Shown here piece by piece: positions 9,253-19,435 of a stretch of 64,000 nt of DNA (the stretch's first letter is position 1; every line of letters begins with the position of its first letter). The notes beneath the pieces are model-generated. The model was not told where the DNA came from. It did not search any database and saw only the letters and a program-made list of their open reading frames with translations. Made by a program: the position numbers and the translations under genes. The DNA is from an uncultured Actinomycetota bacterium (lineage in GTDB: Bacteria > Actinomycetota > Actinomycetes > Propionibacteriales > Nocardioidaceae), in contig CAVUFX010000006.1 in NCBI GenBank assembly GCA_963740935.1, forward strand, positions 982,554 to 1,046,553, written 5' to 3'.

Positions 9253-10455
9253 GTGACTGTTGCAACCGAGAGCGTCCGTGACGCCCTGGAGATGACCGAC
9301 AAGGTCCTCTCGCACCTCCACCCGGAGGGGTCGTTCGACCTCGCCGACCACGCCGTCCCGACGGGGCGCGAGGAGGTGTGGAGGTTCACGCCGCTGAAGC
9401 GGCTGCGGGGCATCCACGCCGAGGCGCCGCTGACCGGCGCGCAGGTCGAGGTGGTGGCCGAGACCGCCCCGGGCGTGAGTGCCGGACCGGTCGGCGTGGA
9501 CCACGAGGTGCGCGGCACCTCGGGCCTGGTCCCGCCCGACCGGATCAGCGCCCGGGCCTGGGAGGCCGCGACGTCGGTCTACCTCGTCGACGTGCCGCAG
9601 GAGACGGTCAGCGACCAGCCCACCACGGTCACCGTGACCGGCATCGGCGGCGACACCGCCACTGCCGGCCACCTCGTGGTGCGGGCGGGCGCGTTCTCGC
9701 GCTCCACCGTGGTGCTGCACTTCCGCGGCAGCGCCACGCTGGTGGAGAACGTCGAGATCCTCCTCGGCGACGGCGCCGAGCTCACCGTCGTGACCGTGCA
9801 GGACTGGGACGACGACGCCGTGCACCACTCCACCCAGCACGCCAAGGTGGGGCGTGACGCCACGCTGCGCCACGTCGCGGTCTCCATCGGCGGCGACGTG
9901 GTCCGCCACGACGCCACCGCGGAGTACGCCGGCCCCGGTGGCTCGGTGGAGATGCTCGGCCTCTACTTCGCCGACGCCGGCCAGCACATCGAGCACCGGC
10001 TCTTCGTCGACCACAACGCTCCCCACACCCGCAGCAACGTCGTCTACAAGGGCGCGCTGCAGGGCCAGGGCGCGCACGCCGTGTGGATCGGGAACGTGCT
10101 GATCCGCAAGGTCGCCGAGGGCATCGAGACCTACGAGGAGAACCGCAACCTGGTCCTCACCGACGGGTGCCAGGCCGACTCCGTGCCCAACCTGGAGATC
10201 GAGACCGGCGAGATCGAGGGTGCCGGGCACGCCTCGGCCGTCGGCCGCTTCGACGACAACCAGCTGTTCTACCTCCGCTCGCGCGGGATCGAGGAGTCCG
10301 AGGCGCGCCGCCTGGTCGTGCACGGCTTCTTCCACGACCTGATCCGCAAGATCGGCGTGCCCGACCTCGAGGAGCAGCTCGTGCGCACCGTCGAGGCCGA
10401 GCTGGAGAAGAACGTCGGCAAGATCACCGGCGCCGTCACGGTGGCGGCCCCGTGA
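9253..10455 (+). CDS. sufD: Fe-S cluster assembly protein SufD
   Basis: EEVWRFTPL, ADSVPNLEIETGEIEGAGHAS, FYLRSRGI, LVVHGFF. Confidence 0.95.
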   Translation: MTVATESVRDALEMTDKVLSHLHPEGSFDLADHAVPTGREEVWRFTPLKRLRGIHAEAPLTGAQVEVVAETAPGVSAGPVGVDHEVRGTSGLVPPDRISARAWEAATSVYLVDVPQETVSDQPTTVTVTGIGGDTATAGHLVVRAGAFSRSTVVLHFRGSATLVENVEILLGDGAELTVVTVQDWDDDAVHHSTQHAKVGRDATLRHVAVSIGGDVVRHDATAEYAGPGGSVEMLGLYFADAGQHIEHRLFVDHNAPHTRSNVVYKGALQGQGAHAVWIGNVLIRKVAEGIETYEENRNLVLTDGCQADSVPNLEIETGEIEGAGHASAVGRFDDNQLFYLRSRGIEESEARRLVVHGFFHDLIRKIGVPDLEEQLVRTVEAELEKNVGKITGAVTVAAP

Positions 10456-10778
10456 CCTTCCAGCGCGCCTGCAGCCTCGCCGAGCTCACCCCCGACACGC
10501 CGCTGCGCGTCGAGGTGGACGGGACCGACGTCGCCGTGGTGCGCCACGGCGAGGAGGTCTTCGCCATCGAGGACGAGTGCAGCCACGCCGCCGTCGCGCT
10601 CTCCGAGGGCGACGTGGAGGACTGCACCATCGAGTGCTGGCTGCACGGCTCGCGCTTCGACCTCCGCTCCGGCAAGCCCACCGGCCTCCCGGCCACCGAA
10701 CCCGTCCCCGTCTTCGCCGTCCGCATCGACGGCGACGACGTCCTGATCGACCCCGACACCACTCTGGGAGACAACTGA
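10452..10778 (+). CDS. Rieske-type (non-heme iron oxygenase) ferredoxin
   Basis: CSH...CWLHGSRFDLRSG; GTG overlaps the sufD stop. Confidence 0.92.
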   Translation: MTFQRACSLAELTPDTPLRVEVDGTDVAVVRHGEEVFAIEDECSHAAVALSEGDVEDCTIECWLHGSRFDLRSGKPTGLPATEPVPVFAVRIDGDDVLIDPDTTLGDN

Positions 10779-10779
10779 C

Positions 10780-11556
<777 letters not shown>

Positions 11557-11559
11557 GGC

Positions 11560-12840
11560 ATGACCGCGACCGGCACGAGCGCCCTGCCGGGGCTGCTCCC
11601 CGACCTCGAGGTGATCCGCAAGGACTTCCCGATCCTGTCGCGGCGCCTGGCCGACGACCGGCCGCTGGTCTACCTCGACAGCGCCAACACCTCGCAGAAG
11701 CCGCAGTGCGTCATCGACGCGATGGTCGACCACCTCGAGCGCCACAACGCCAACGTCGCCCGCGCCATGCACCAGCTGGGCGCGGAGTCCTCCGAGGCGT
11801 TCGAGGCGGCGCGCGACAAGGTCGCGGCGTTCCTGAACGCGCCGTCGCGCGACGAGGTGATCTTCACCAAGAACGCCTCCGAGGCGCTCAACCTGGTCGC
11901 CAACACCCTGGCCTGGGCCCGCGGGCCGCTCGAGGTCGGTGAGGGCGACCGCGTCGTGATCACCGAGATGGAGCACCACTCCAACATCGTGCCGTGGCAG
12001 CTGCTCACCCAGCGCACCGGCGCGGAGCTGCGGTGGTTCGGGCTGACCGACGACGGCCGGCTGGACCTGTCGAACATCGACGAGCTCATCACCGAGCGCA
12101 CCAAGGTCGTCGCGTTCACCTGGGTGTCCAACATGCTCGGCACCATCAACCCGGTCGCCGAGATCGCCCGCCGCGCCCACGAGGTCGGCGCGATCGTCGT
12201 CGTCGACGCCTCCCAGGCGGCGCCGCAGCTGACCGTCGACGTGCAGGCCTCCGGGGCCGACGTCGTCGTGTTCACCGGCCACAAGGTGACCGGGCCGACC
12301 GGCATCGGCGTGCTCTGGGGGCGGCGCGAGCTGCTCGACCAGCTGCCGCCCTTCCTGGGTGGTGGCGAGATGATCGAGACGGTCACCATGGAGCGCTCGA
12401 CGTACGCCGGGATCCCGCACAAGTTCGAGGCCGGCACCCCGCCCATCGTCGAGGCCGTCGGTCTCGGCGCGGCGGTGGACTACCTCGGCGCGATCGGTCT
12501 CGACCACGTGCACCGCCACGAGCAGGCCATCACCGGCTACCTGCTCGACGGGCTCGCCACGATCAAGGGCGTGACCGTGCTCGGCCCGCTGGACCCGACG
12601 CTGCGCGGGGGAGCGGTCTCCTTCGAGGTCGACGGCGTCCACCCCCACGACGTCTCGCAGCTGCTCGACAGCTTCGGCATCGCCGTGCGCGCCGGTCACC
12701 ACTGCGCCAAGCCCGCCCACAAGCGGTTCGGCGTGCAGAGCTCGACCCGCGCCTCGTCGTACCTCTACACCACACCGGCCGAGGTCGACGCCTTCGTCGA
12801 GGGAATCATCGCCACGCAGAAGTACTTCAAGGTGGCGTGA
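11560..12840 (+). CDS. sufS: SufS cysteine desulfurase
   Basis: YLDSANTSQKP, MEHHSNIVPWQ, FTGHK (PLP Lys), VRAGHHCA. Confidence 0.96.
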   Translation: MTATGTSALPGLLPDLEVIRKDFPILSRRLADDRPLVYLDSANTSQKPQCVIDAMVDHLERHNANVARAMHQLGAESSEAFEAARDKVAAFLNAPSRDEVIFTKNASEALNLVANTLAWARGPLEVGEGDRVVITEMEHHSNIVPWQLLTQRTGAELRWFGLTDDGRLDLSNIDELITERTKVVAFTWVSNMLGTINPVAEIARRAHEVGAIVVVDASQAAPQLTVDVQASGADVVVFTGHKVTGPTGIGVLWGRRELLDQLPPFLGGGEMIETVTMERSTYAGIPHKFEAGTPPIVEAVGLGAAVDYLGAIGLDHVHRHEQAITGYLLDGLATIKGVTVLGPLDPTLRGGAVSFEVDGVHPHDVSQLLDSFGIAVRAGHHCAKPAHKRFGVQSSTRASSYLYTTPAEVDAFVEGIIATQKYFKVA

Positions 12841-13341
12841 GCAGCGTGGACCTCGACAGCCTCTACCAGGAGATCATCCTGGACCACTACCGCAACCCGC
12901 ACCACGCGGGCCTGCGCGACCCGTTCGAGTCCGAGGTGCACCACGTCAACCCGACGTGCGGCGACGAGATCACGCTGCGGGTGCACCTGGAGGGCGCGCC
13001 CGGCAGCGAGACCGTCTCCGACGTGTCCTACGACGCCGAGGGCTGCTCGATCAGCCAGGCGGCCGCGTCCGTGATGGCCGACCTGGTCATCGGCCAGCAG
13101 GTCGACGAGGCGCTGCGCAAGCACCAGGCGTTCCTGGAGCTGATGCAGTCCCGCGGCAGCGATCGAGCCCGACGAGGAGGTGCTGGAGGACGGCATCGCC
13201 TTCGCCGGCGTCTCGAAGTTCCCGGCGCGCGTGAAGTGCGCCCTGCTGGGCTGGATGGCCTTCAAGGACGCGACCTCGACCATCCTGGCCGAGTCCGCCC
13301 CGAGCACGAACCGGACCACCATCTCCGAGGAGAAGACATGA
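12837..13341 (+). CDS. sufU: SufU/NifU scaffold, interrupted by an apparent +1 frameshift at ~13159
   Basis: LYQEIILDHYRNP, NPTCGD, GCSISQA in one frame; EPDEEVLEDGIAFAGVSKFPARVKCALLGW in the next frame, ending TGA 13339-13341. Confidence 0.9.
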
Positions 13342-13715
13342 CCGCCGACCACAGCGACCTGCCCGACGTGCCCGAGGCCACCGGCTCCGGTGGCGCCGGC
13401 ACGACGACCGTCCACAAGGACGACGTCGTCGAGGCCATGAAGGACGTCGTCGACCCCGAGCTCGGCATCAACGTCGTCGACCTGGGCCTGGTCTACGACG
13501 TCCACATCGACGACGCGTCGGCCGCCGTGCTCGACATGACGCTGACCTCCGCGGCCTGCCCGCTGACCGACGTCATCCAGGACCAGACCAACCAGGCGCT
13601 GGAGGGTCTCGTCACCGACGTGACCATCAACTGGGTCTGGATGCCGCCGTGGGGCCCGGACAAGATCACCGAGGACGGCCGCGAGCAGCTGCGCGCCCTC
13701 GGCTTCAACGTCTGA
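13338..13715 (+). CDS. sufT: Metal-sulfur cluster biosynthesis protein (DUF59/SufT)
   Basis: DVVDPELGINVVDLGLVY, MTLTSAACPL, WMPPWGP. Confidence 0.9.
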   Translation: MTADHSDLPDVPEATGSGGAGTTTVHKDDVVEAMKDVVDPELGINVVDLGLVYDVHIDDASAAVLDMTLTSAACPLTDVIQDQTNQALEGLVTDVTINWVWMPPWGPDKITEDGREQLRALGFNV

Positions 13716-13754
13716 GCCGGGACCGCCGCGCGGCGTGAGGGCTAGTTTGGCCCC

Positions 13755-14453
13755 ATGACGCACTCGCAGCCGACCATCGCCACCCCCGACGGCGAGATGC
13801 CGGCCCACCTGTGGCTGCCCGAGGCGGGCACGGGTCCGGGCCTGGTGCTGCTCCAGGAGATCTTCGGCATCAGCCGCTACGTCGAGTCGCGCGCCCAGGA
13901 CCTGGCCGACCTGGGGTACGTCGTGCTGGCGCCCGAGCTCTACTGGCGGCTCGGGGAGGCCTCCGTCCCCGACGGGCCGGAGGCCCTGGACACGGCCATG
14001 GCCCTGGCCGGGCGCCTCGACTGGGAGGCGGCCGTGCGTGACTCCCGGACCGCGCTCGACGCGCTCCGGCAGCGGCCCGAGGTGACCGGTGGGGTGGGCG
14101 TGCTGGGGTTCTGCCTGGGCGGTGGCCTGGCGTTCAACGTGGCCGCGCTGGGCTCGCCGGACGTGCTGGTGAGCTACTACGGCTCGAGCGTGCCCGAGCT
14201 GCTGGACCTCGCGCCCCTCGTCACCGCGCCCTCGTTGCACCACTACGGCCTGGCCGACTCCTACATCCCCCGGGAGACGGTCGAGCACGTGCGCTCGGTG
14301 CTCGGCGACGGTGCCGACGTCACCTTCGAGGTCTACGAGGGCGCCGACCACGCCTTCGACAACCCCGACTTCCCCCTGCACCACCCCGATGCGTCGGCGC
14401 GGGCGTGGGACCGCACCGCCGCGTTCCTGGCGCAGCGGCTGCCCGCGGCGTGA
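13755..14453 (+). CDS. Dienelactone hydrolase family protein
   Basis: LQEIFG, GFCLGG nucleophile motif, YEGADHAF. Confidence 0.9.
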   Translation: MTHSQPTIATPDGEMPAHLWLPEAGTGPGLVLLQEIFGISRYVESRAQDLADLGYVVLAPELYWRLGEASVPDGPEALDTAMALAGRLDWEAAVRDSRTALDALRQRPEVTGGVGVLGFCLGGGLAFNVAALGSPDVLVSYYGSSVPELLDLAPLVTAPSLHHYGLADSYIPRETVEHVRSVLGDGADVTFEVYEGADHAFDNPDFPLHHPDASARAWDRTAAFLAQRLPAA

Positions 14454-15070
14454 GCGGGGCCGCCGGCGAGGTCCTGGTCCCGCCCGCCCGGCTGCCGCGC
14501 TGGACCGAGAACTTCACCGGCCGCCACGGCGCGACCGGGCTCGCGGTCGTGGACGGTGCGCTCACCGGCACTGCCGAGGACGGGTCCGACTTCGTGGCCC
14601 GGCTGCCCCTCGACGCGGCGTACGCCGGGCCGGCCGACCCCGCGGCGCTGGCGGCGGCGTGCGAGCCACCGGCCTCCTGGGGCGTGCTGCTGGTGCGCAA
14701 GGGCGGCTTCGCGGTGGCGCGGCTGGAGGGCGACCGCCTGGTCGCCTCCAAGACCGGCAGCCGGCACGTGCAGGGCCGCACCAAGGCCGGCGGCCAGAGC
14801 CAGCAGCGGTTCGCCCGCCGCCGCGACAACCAGGCGCGGGCGGCGTACGACGCGGCCGCCGACCACGCCGTGCGGGTGCTCGACGACGTCCGGATGCTGG
14901 TGACCGGGGGTGACCACGACGCTGTCGCCGCCGTGCTGGCCGACCGCCGGCTCGCCGGGGTGAGGGTGGTGGGGCCGTGGCTGGCGGTGCCGGACCCACG
15001 CCGCGCGGTGCTGGAGCAGGCCGTGGCGGACGCCCAGGCGGTCCGCGTGACGGTCCGCAACCGCGGCTGA
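14450..15070 (+). CDS. Actinobacterial VLRF1 (Vms1-like eRF1 superfamily) protein
   Basis: LLVRKGGFAVA, SKTGSRHVQGRTKAGGQSQQRFARRRDNQA, LVTGGD; GTG overlaps the upstream stop. Confidence 0.85.
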   Translation: MSGAAGEVLVPPARLPRWTENFTGRHGATGLAVVDGALTGTAEDGSDFVARLPLDAAYAGPADPAALAAACEPPASWGVLLVRKGGFAVARLEGDRLVASKTGSRHVQGRTKAGGQSQQRFARRRDNQARAAYDAAADHAVRVLDDVRMLVTGGDHDAVAAVLADRRLAGVRVVGPWLAVPDPRRAVLEQAVADAQAVRVTVRNRG

Positions 15071-15090
15071 CCCCGACCCCGCGCGCCGGA

Positions 15091-16476
15091 CTAGGCCTGG
15101 CTGGTCGCCGGCTGCTCGCTGAGCTCGTCGGGGCCGACCGAGCCGCCGCGGGCCCGGGTGACCAGGTAGAGCCCCACCACGACGGCCCACGACAGCAGGC
15201 TCAGCAGCAGCTGCGAGCGGGTGTCCTCGGTCAGCGCCATCTGCACCAGGATCGCCAGGATCCCGCCGATGGCCACGATGGTGAGCACCGGGAACAGCCA
15301 CATCCGGACCACGAGCTCGTCGTCGGGGGTGCGGCGGCGCAGCACCAGCTGCGAGATCGCGATCAGCAGGTAGACGAACAGGATCACCGCGCCCGAGGAG
15401 TTGAGCAGGAACAGGAACACGGTGTCGGGGGAGATGTAGGCCGCGATCACGCTGAGGAAGCCGATCACGGTCGAGAACAGGATCGCCCAGACCGGTACGC
15501 CGCGCCGGTTGGTCGAGACCAGCACCTCCGGCGCCTCCTTGCGGGCCGCCAGCACGAAGATCATCCGCGAGGCGGTGTAGAGCCCGGAGTTCAGGCAGGA
15601 CAGCACGGCGGTCAGCACCACGGCGTTCATGATGTGGTCGGCGTAGGGGATGCCCATCTCCTGGAACGCCGCGACGTAGGGCGAGGCGCCCAGCTCGTTG
15701 TCGTCCCAGGGCACGATCAGCACCAGCAGGATCATCGAGCCGACGAAGAAGGTCGCGACGCGCAGGATCACCGACTGGGTGGCCCGGGCGATCGCGCGCT
15801 CCGGGTCGTCGGACTCGGCGGCGGCGACGGTGGCGATCTCGGCACCCACCATGGAGAACACCACGACCACGATGCTGGAGAAGATCGCCCCGACGCCGTT
15901 GGGGACGAAGCCGCCCTGGCTGGTCATCAGGCTGACGTCGAAGTCCTTCTGCGGCCACAGCCCGATGACGAACAGCGTGCCGAGCACGAGGAAGGCGATG
16001 ATCGCGACCACCTTGATGCCCGCGAACCAGTACTCGAACTCGCCGTAGGAGCCCACCGAGACCAGGTTGGTGGCGGTCATCAGCACCATCAGCACCAGCG
16101 ACATCAGCCACAGCGGCACGTCGATCCAGAACCGGAGGATCTCGGCCCCGGCGACGGCCTCGAAGCCGACGACGATCACCCAGAAGTACCAGTACAGCCA
16201 CGCCACCGAGAAGCCTGCCCAGCCACCCAGGGCACGGCGCGAGTAGTCGGAGAACGAGCCCGTCGACGGGTTGGCGGTGGCCATCTCGCCGAGCATCCGC
16301 ATCACCAGGATGATCAGCACGCCGGTGACGAGGTAGGACACGAACGCCGCGGGCCCGGTCTGGTTGATCACGACGCCGGAGCCGACGAACAGACCGGCCC
16401 CGATCACGCCGCCGATCGCGATCATGGTCAGGTGCCGCTGCTTGAGGCCCTTCTGCAGCTGGGCGGGAGCAGACAT
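15091..16476 (-). CDS. APC-family amino acid permease (GabP/AroP-like)
   Basis: GLKQRHLTMIAIGGVIGAGLFVGSG, YGEFEYWFAGIK, SCLNSGLY. Confidence 0.92.
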   Translation of the reverse strand: MSAPAQLQKGLKQRHLTMIAIGGVIGAGLFVGSGVVINQTGPAAFVSYLVTGVLIILVMRMLGEMATANPSTGSFSDYSRRALGGWAGFSVAWLYWYFWVIVVGFEAVAGAEILRFWIDVPLWLMSLVLMVLMTATNLVSVGSYGEFEYWFAGIKVVAIIAFLVLGTLFVIGLWPQKDFDVSLMTSQGGFVPNGVGAIFSSIVVVVFSMVGAEIATVAAAESDDPERAIARATQSVILRVATFFVGSMILLVLIVPWDDNELGASPYVAAFQEMGIPYADHIMNAVVLTAVLSCLNSGLYTASRMIFVLAARKEAPEVLVSTNRRGVPVWAILFSTVIGFLSVIAAYISPDTVFLFLLNSSGAVILFVYLLIAISQLVLRRRTPDDELVVRMWLFPVLTIVAIGGILAILVQMALTEDTRSQLLLSLLSWAVVVGLYLVTRARGGSVGPDELSEQPATSQA

Positions 16477-16572
16477 GGTGGGTCCTTCGCGGCCGGGGGG
16501 CCGCGCCCGAGCGGACTCGACCGCTGGCCAGCATCGCACAGCCGGGGCCGCTGCGGCAGGGGTCGGAACGGG

Positions 16573-17256
16573 CTAGACGGTGAGCGAGGCGACCCCGTCG
16601 AGCAGCTCGGCGACCGGGCTGCCCACGGAGCGCCCGAGCAGGGTGGCGGCGGCGAAGTCGGCGGCCGCGTGCTCGAAGACGCCACCCCGCCGCAGCATCG
16701 CGTGCTTGCCGTCCTGCACGTCGAGCCAGCCGAACGACGCAGCGGTGCCGGCCACCTCCTGGCCCAACCGGCGCGCCCGGCGGGGGTCCGCGATGCGGTC
16801 GGCGGTGCCGTGCACCATCAGCACGCGCCGGCCCGGCAGCGCGACGTGGTCGCCGGGGGCGATCCAGGCGTTCAGCGCGACCACGCCGACGACCGGCTCG
16901 GCGGTGCCCGCGAGCAGCGCCGCCCGCCCGCCCAGCGAGTGGCCCACCAGGCAGACCGGCACGTCGCCGTGCCGCTCCCGGACCTGCTCCACCGCCCAGA
17001 GGGCGTCGTCGACCGGAGTGTGGTCGGTGTCCCAGCCGCGGGTGGAGTTGAGCACCCGGTGCACGGCGAGGCCGCGCCCGCCCGCGACCCGACCGGTCCG
17101 GGCGACCCGTCGCGCCAGCGGGACCATCCGCAGCACCGAGAGCTGCGTGGGGCTGACCTCGGCCCGGTCCCGGCGGGCCGCCCCGCCGTGGAGCAGCAGC
17201 ACGACCCCGTCGGGGTGGCGCGGCTCGCGGACGGGGACGAGGCGGGGCTGTGGCAC
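16573..17256 (-). CDS. Alpha/beta hydrolase
   Basis: LLLHGG, GHSLGG, VHGTAD, GKHAM catalytic elements. Confidence 0.85.
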   Translation of the reverse strand: MPQPRLVPVREPRHPDGVVLLLHGGAARRDRAEVSPTQLSVLRMVPLARRVARTGRVAGGRGLAVHRVLNSTRGWDTDHTPVDDALWAVEQVRERHGDVPVCLVGHSLGGRAALLAGTAEPVVGVVALNAWIAPGDHVALPGRRVLMVHGTADRIADPRRARRLGQEVAGTAASFGWLDVQDGKHAMLRRGGVFEHAAADFAAATLLGRSVGSPVAELLDGVASLTV

Positions 17257-17344
17257 GGGGGCGCTCCTGGGCGTACGACGGTGAGGTGGCGGGCGACCGG
17301 CGGGTCGACGGCGATCGCGGGGGGCTGCTGCCAGGATGACGGAC

Positions 17345-18265
17345 GTGTGGGAGCCGGACCCCTCGTGGGAGGTGCTGCCCGGTGCGGCCGGCCCGGCGAG
17401 CGCCGGCCTGTGGCGCGCCCGCGCCGGTGGCCGCAGCTGGGTGGTGAAGCGGCTGCAGCCCCCGGCGCCCGACGACGTCGGCGCCCACCTCGCCCTCGAT
17501 CCCGCCCACCCCGGCTACTGGCGGCGCGAGGCCGACGCCGCGCTGACCGGCTTCGGCGACGGACCCGGGCTGGTGCGTGCCGGGCCCGGCCCGGTCGAGG
17601 AGGACGGCGACGGCGTCACGGTGTGGAGCCCGGAGACGGTGGGGGACCCGCCGACCGGCCTGCACGTCGCCCGGGCGCTGGGCTGCTTCGCCGGAGCGGC
17701 GTACGACGCACCGCGCTGGGCCGCGCGCGACCTGCTGCGACGACGCCTCGAGCTGGTCGAGGCCCGGGGCGGGTGGCGGACGCTGGCCCGCACCACGCTG
17801 GCCGACGTGACCGCGGTGCTCTGGGAGCGCCGCGGCCACTGGCTGGCCCGGGTCGACGTCGGGCCGCAGGGGCGCGTCCACGGCGACGCGGTGCCCTCGA
17901 ACTTCCTCACCACCGGAGCGGGTGGGGCCGTGGTGGCCGTGGACTGGCAGTGCCTGGGGGTGGGGCCGGTCGGCGCCGACCTGGGCTACTGGTCGCTGTC
18001 GAGCCGCGAGGAGTTCGACGTGCTGCTCGAGGCGTTCCTCGCCGGGATCGCCGAGCACGGCGGGCCGGGCACCGACCTCGACGCGGTCGCGCTCGCCGCG
18101 CGCGTCCACGCGGCGTACTCCGTGCTGAGCCGGGCGGAGTGGGCGCTGGCCCAGGCCGCACGCGGCGAGGGGGCGTTGGCCGGCAAGTTCCGGCACCCGG
18201 CCGTCGCGCCGTACCTCCGGGCGGTGGAGCGACAGTTCCCGCAGCTCGAGGCGCTGCTGCCCTGA
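17345..18265 (+). CDS. Aminoglycoside/choline phosphotransferase-like kinase
   Basis: WVVKRL, HGDAVPSNF (Brenner-like), AVDWQ; alternative start ATG 17336. Confidence 0.75.
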   Translation: MWEPDPSWEVLPGAAGPASAGLWRARAGGRSWVVKRLQPPAPDDVGAHLALDPAHPGYWRREADAALTGFGDGPGLVRAGPGPVEEDGDGVTVWSPETVGDPPTGLHVARALGCFAGAAYDAPRWAARDLLRRRLELVEARGGWRTLARTTLADVTAVLWERRGHWLARVDVGPQGRVHGDAVPSNFLTTGAGGAVVAVDWQCLGVGPVGADLGYWSLSSREEFDVLLEAFLAGIAEHGGPGTDLDAVALAARVHAAYSVLSRAEWALAQAARGEGALAGKFRHPAVAPYLRAVERQFPQLEALLP

Positions 18266-18305
18266 CCCCCCGGCCCGGCGGCCGGCCGCGGCCTAGGGTG
18301 GCGCG

Positions 18306-18785
18306 GTGACCTCGGAGCCGCTGGCCGACCCCTGCGACCTGGTCGGCACGTGGGCGCTGAGCCGCACCATCGAGGACCGTCGCGGCGGTCCCGGCGGTCG
18401 GGTGGAGGGGCACCTGGAGCTGGTGCTGGAGTCCCCGGACCGCGTCGGGTGGCGGGAGCACGGCACCTGGCACCGCCCCGACGGACCCGTCGAGGTGCGG
18501 CGCACCCTGGGCGTCGTACGCCGGGACGGGGGCTGGTGGGTCGTGTTCGCGGACGGCCGCGACTTCCACCCCTGGACCCCCGGGGAGGAGGTCGTCCACG
18601 ACTGCCGCCCTGACACCTACCGGGGCGTCGTCACCGGCACGCCCGCCTCCTGGTCGGTGACCTGGGAGGTGACGGGGCCGGCGAAGGACTACCGGATGGA
18701 GACCCGGTTGCGGCCGCTCAGCGGTGGAGCTTGTCCACCAGGCGCCACGCGACCGGCAGGCAGCCCGCGGCCAGCAGGATCTTGA
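18306..18785 (+). CDS. DUF6314-like protein
   Basis: GTWALSRTIED, FADGRDFHPW, HDCRPDTYRG, WEVTGPAKDY pattern; 3' end overlaps bioY by 68 nt. Confidence 0.7.
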   Translation: MTSEPLADPCDLVGTWALSRTIEDRRGGPGGRVEGHLELVLESPDRVGWREHGTWHRPDGPVEVRRTLGVVRRDGGWWVVFADGRDFHPWTPGEEVVHDCRPDTYRGVVTGTPASWSVTWEVTGPAKDYRMETRLRPLSGGACPPGATRPAGSPRPAGS

Positions 18786-19317
18786 GGCCGTCGCCGAGCA
18801 GGTAGTTGCGCATCCCGATGTCGAAGGCCTCGCCGAGGCCGATGCCGAGCGAGGCGGCCAGGTAGGGCAGGCCGACCGCGTAGACCACGGCGTTGCCGAG
18901 GACCATCGTGGCGATGGTGCGCCCGGGGGAGCGGTCGCCGCCGCGGCTGGCCAGCAGGCCGACGACGCCGGCCGCGAGCACGAAGCCGATCACGTAGCCG
19001 AGCGAGGGCGCCATCACGCCGGAGCCGCCGTCGGCGTACCACGGCATCCCGGCCATGCCGGCGAGGAGGTAGACCATCAGCGCGAGTGCGCCGCGCTGCC
19101 ACCCGAGCGCCGCGCCGACTCCCAGGGCGGCGAAGGTCTGGCCGGTCACCGGCACGGGCGAGCCCGCGACCGGGATCGCCACCTGGGCCGCGAGCCCGGT
19201 GAGGGCGGCGCCACCGAGGACCAGGGCGATGTCCCGGGCCAGGGCGCCGGGGACGACGTCCGCGAGCACCAGCGGACGACGCTGGTGCAGCGGGACGGAC
19301 AGGGCGGAGCTGGACAT
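18718..19317 (-). CDS. bioY: Biotin transporter BioY (ECF S component)
   Basis: AQVAIP..PVPVTGQTFA, YLLAGMAGMPWYA, GYVIGF, GDGLKILLA. Confidence 0.92.
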   Translation of the reverse strand: MSSSALSVPLHQRRPLVLADVVPGALARDIALVLGGAALTGLAAQVAIPVAGSPVPVTGQTFAALGVGAALGWQRGALALMVYLLAGMAGMPWYADGGSGVMAPSLGYVIGFVLAAGVVGLLASRGGDRSPGRTIATMVLGNAVVYAVGLPYLAASLGIGLGEAFDIGMRNYLLGDGLKILLAAGCLPVAWRLVDKLHR

Positions 19318-19435
19318 GGGGGAGACCTCCGTGACGGGCGTGCGGTGCGGCTATCTCTACCAGAACGCGGGCATCGCGATCGCGGTCGACGTCCTACCGG
19401 ACGGTGCTACCCGCGGGTCCGGCGTGAGGGCCGTG

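Noticed and set aside
11994-13715. 573-aa ORF spanning sufS-sufU-sufT
   Set aside because: Shadow frame of sufS joined to the sufU N-terminus and sufT through the ~13159 indel.
14333-18309. Very long overlapping ORFs (1287 aa, 1110 aa) and similar ones at 19436-22429, 43553-47434, 44166-47396
   Set aside because: Shadow or antisense frames with Arg/Gly/Pro/Ala-rich composition and no motifs, typical of very GC-rich DNA; real genes explain the same bases.
19318-19435. Riboswitch or operator upstream of bioY
   Set aside because: No recognisable aptamer consensus or convincing dyad by eye.
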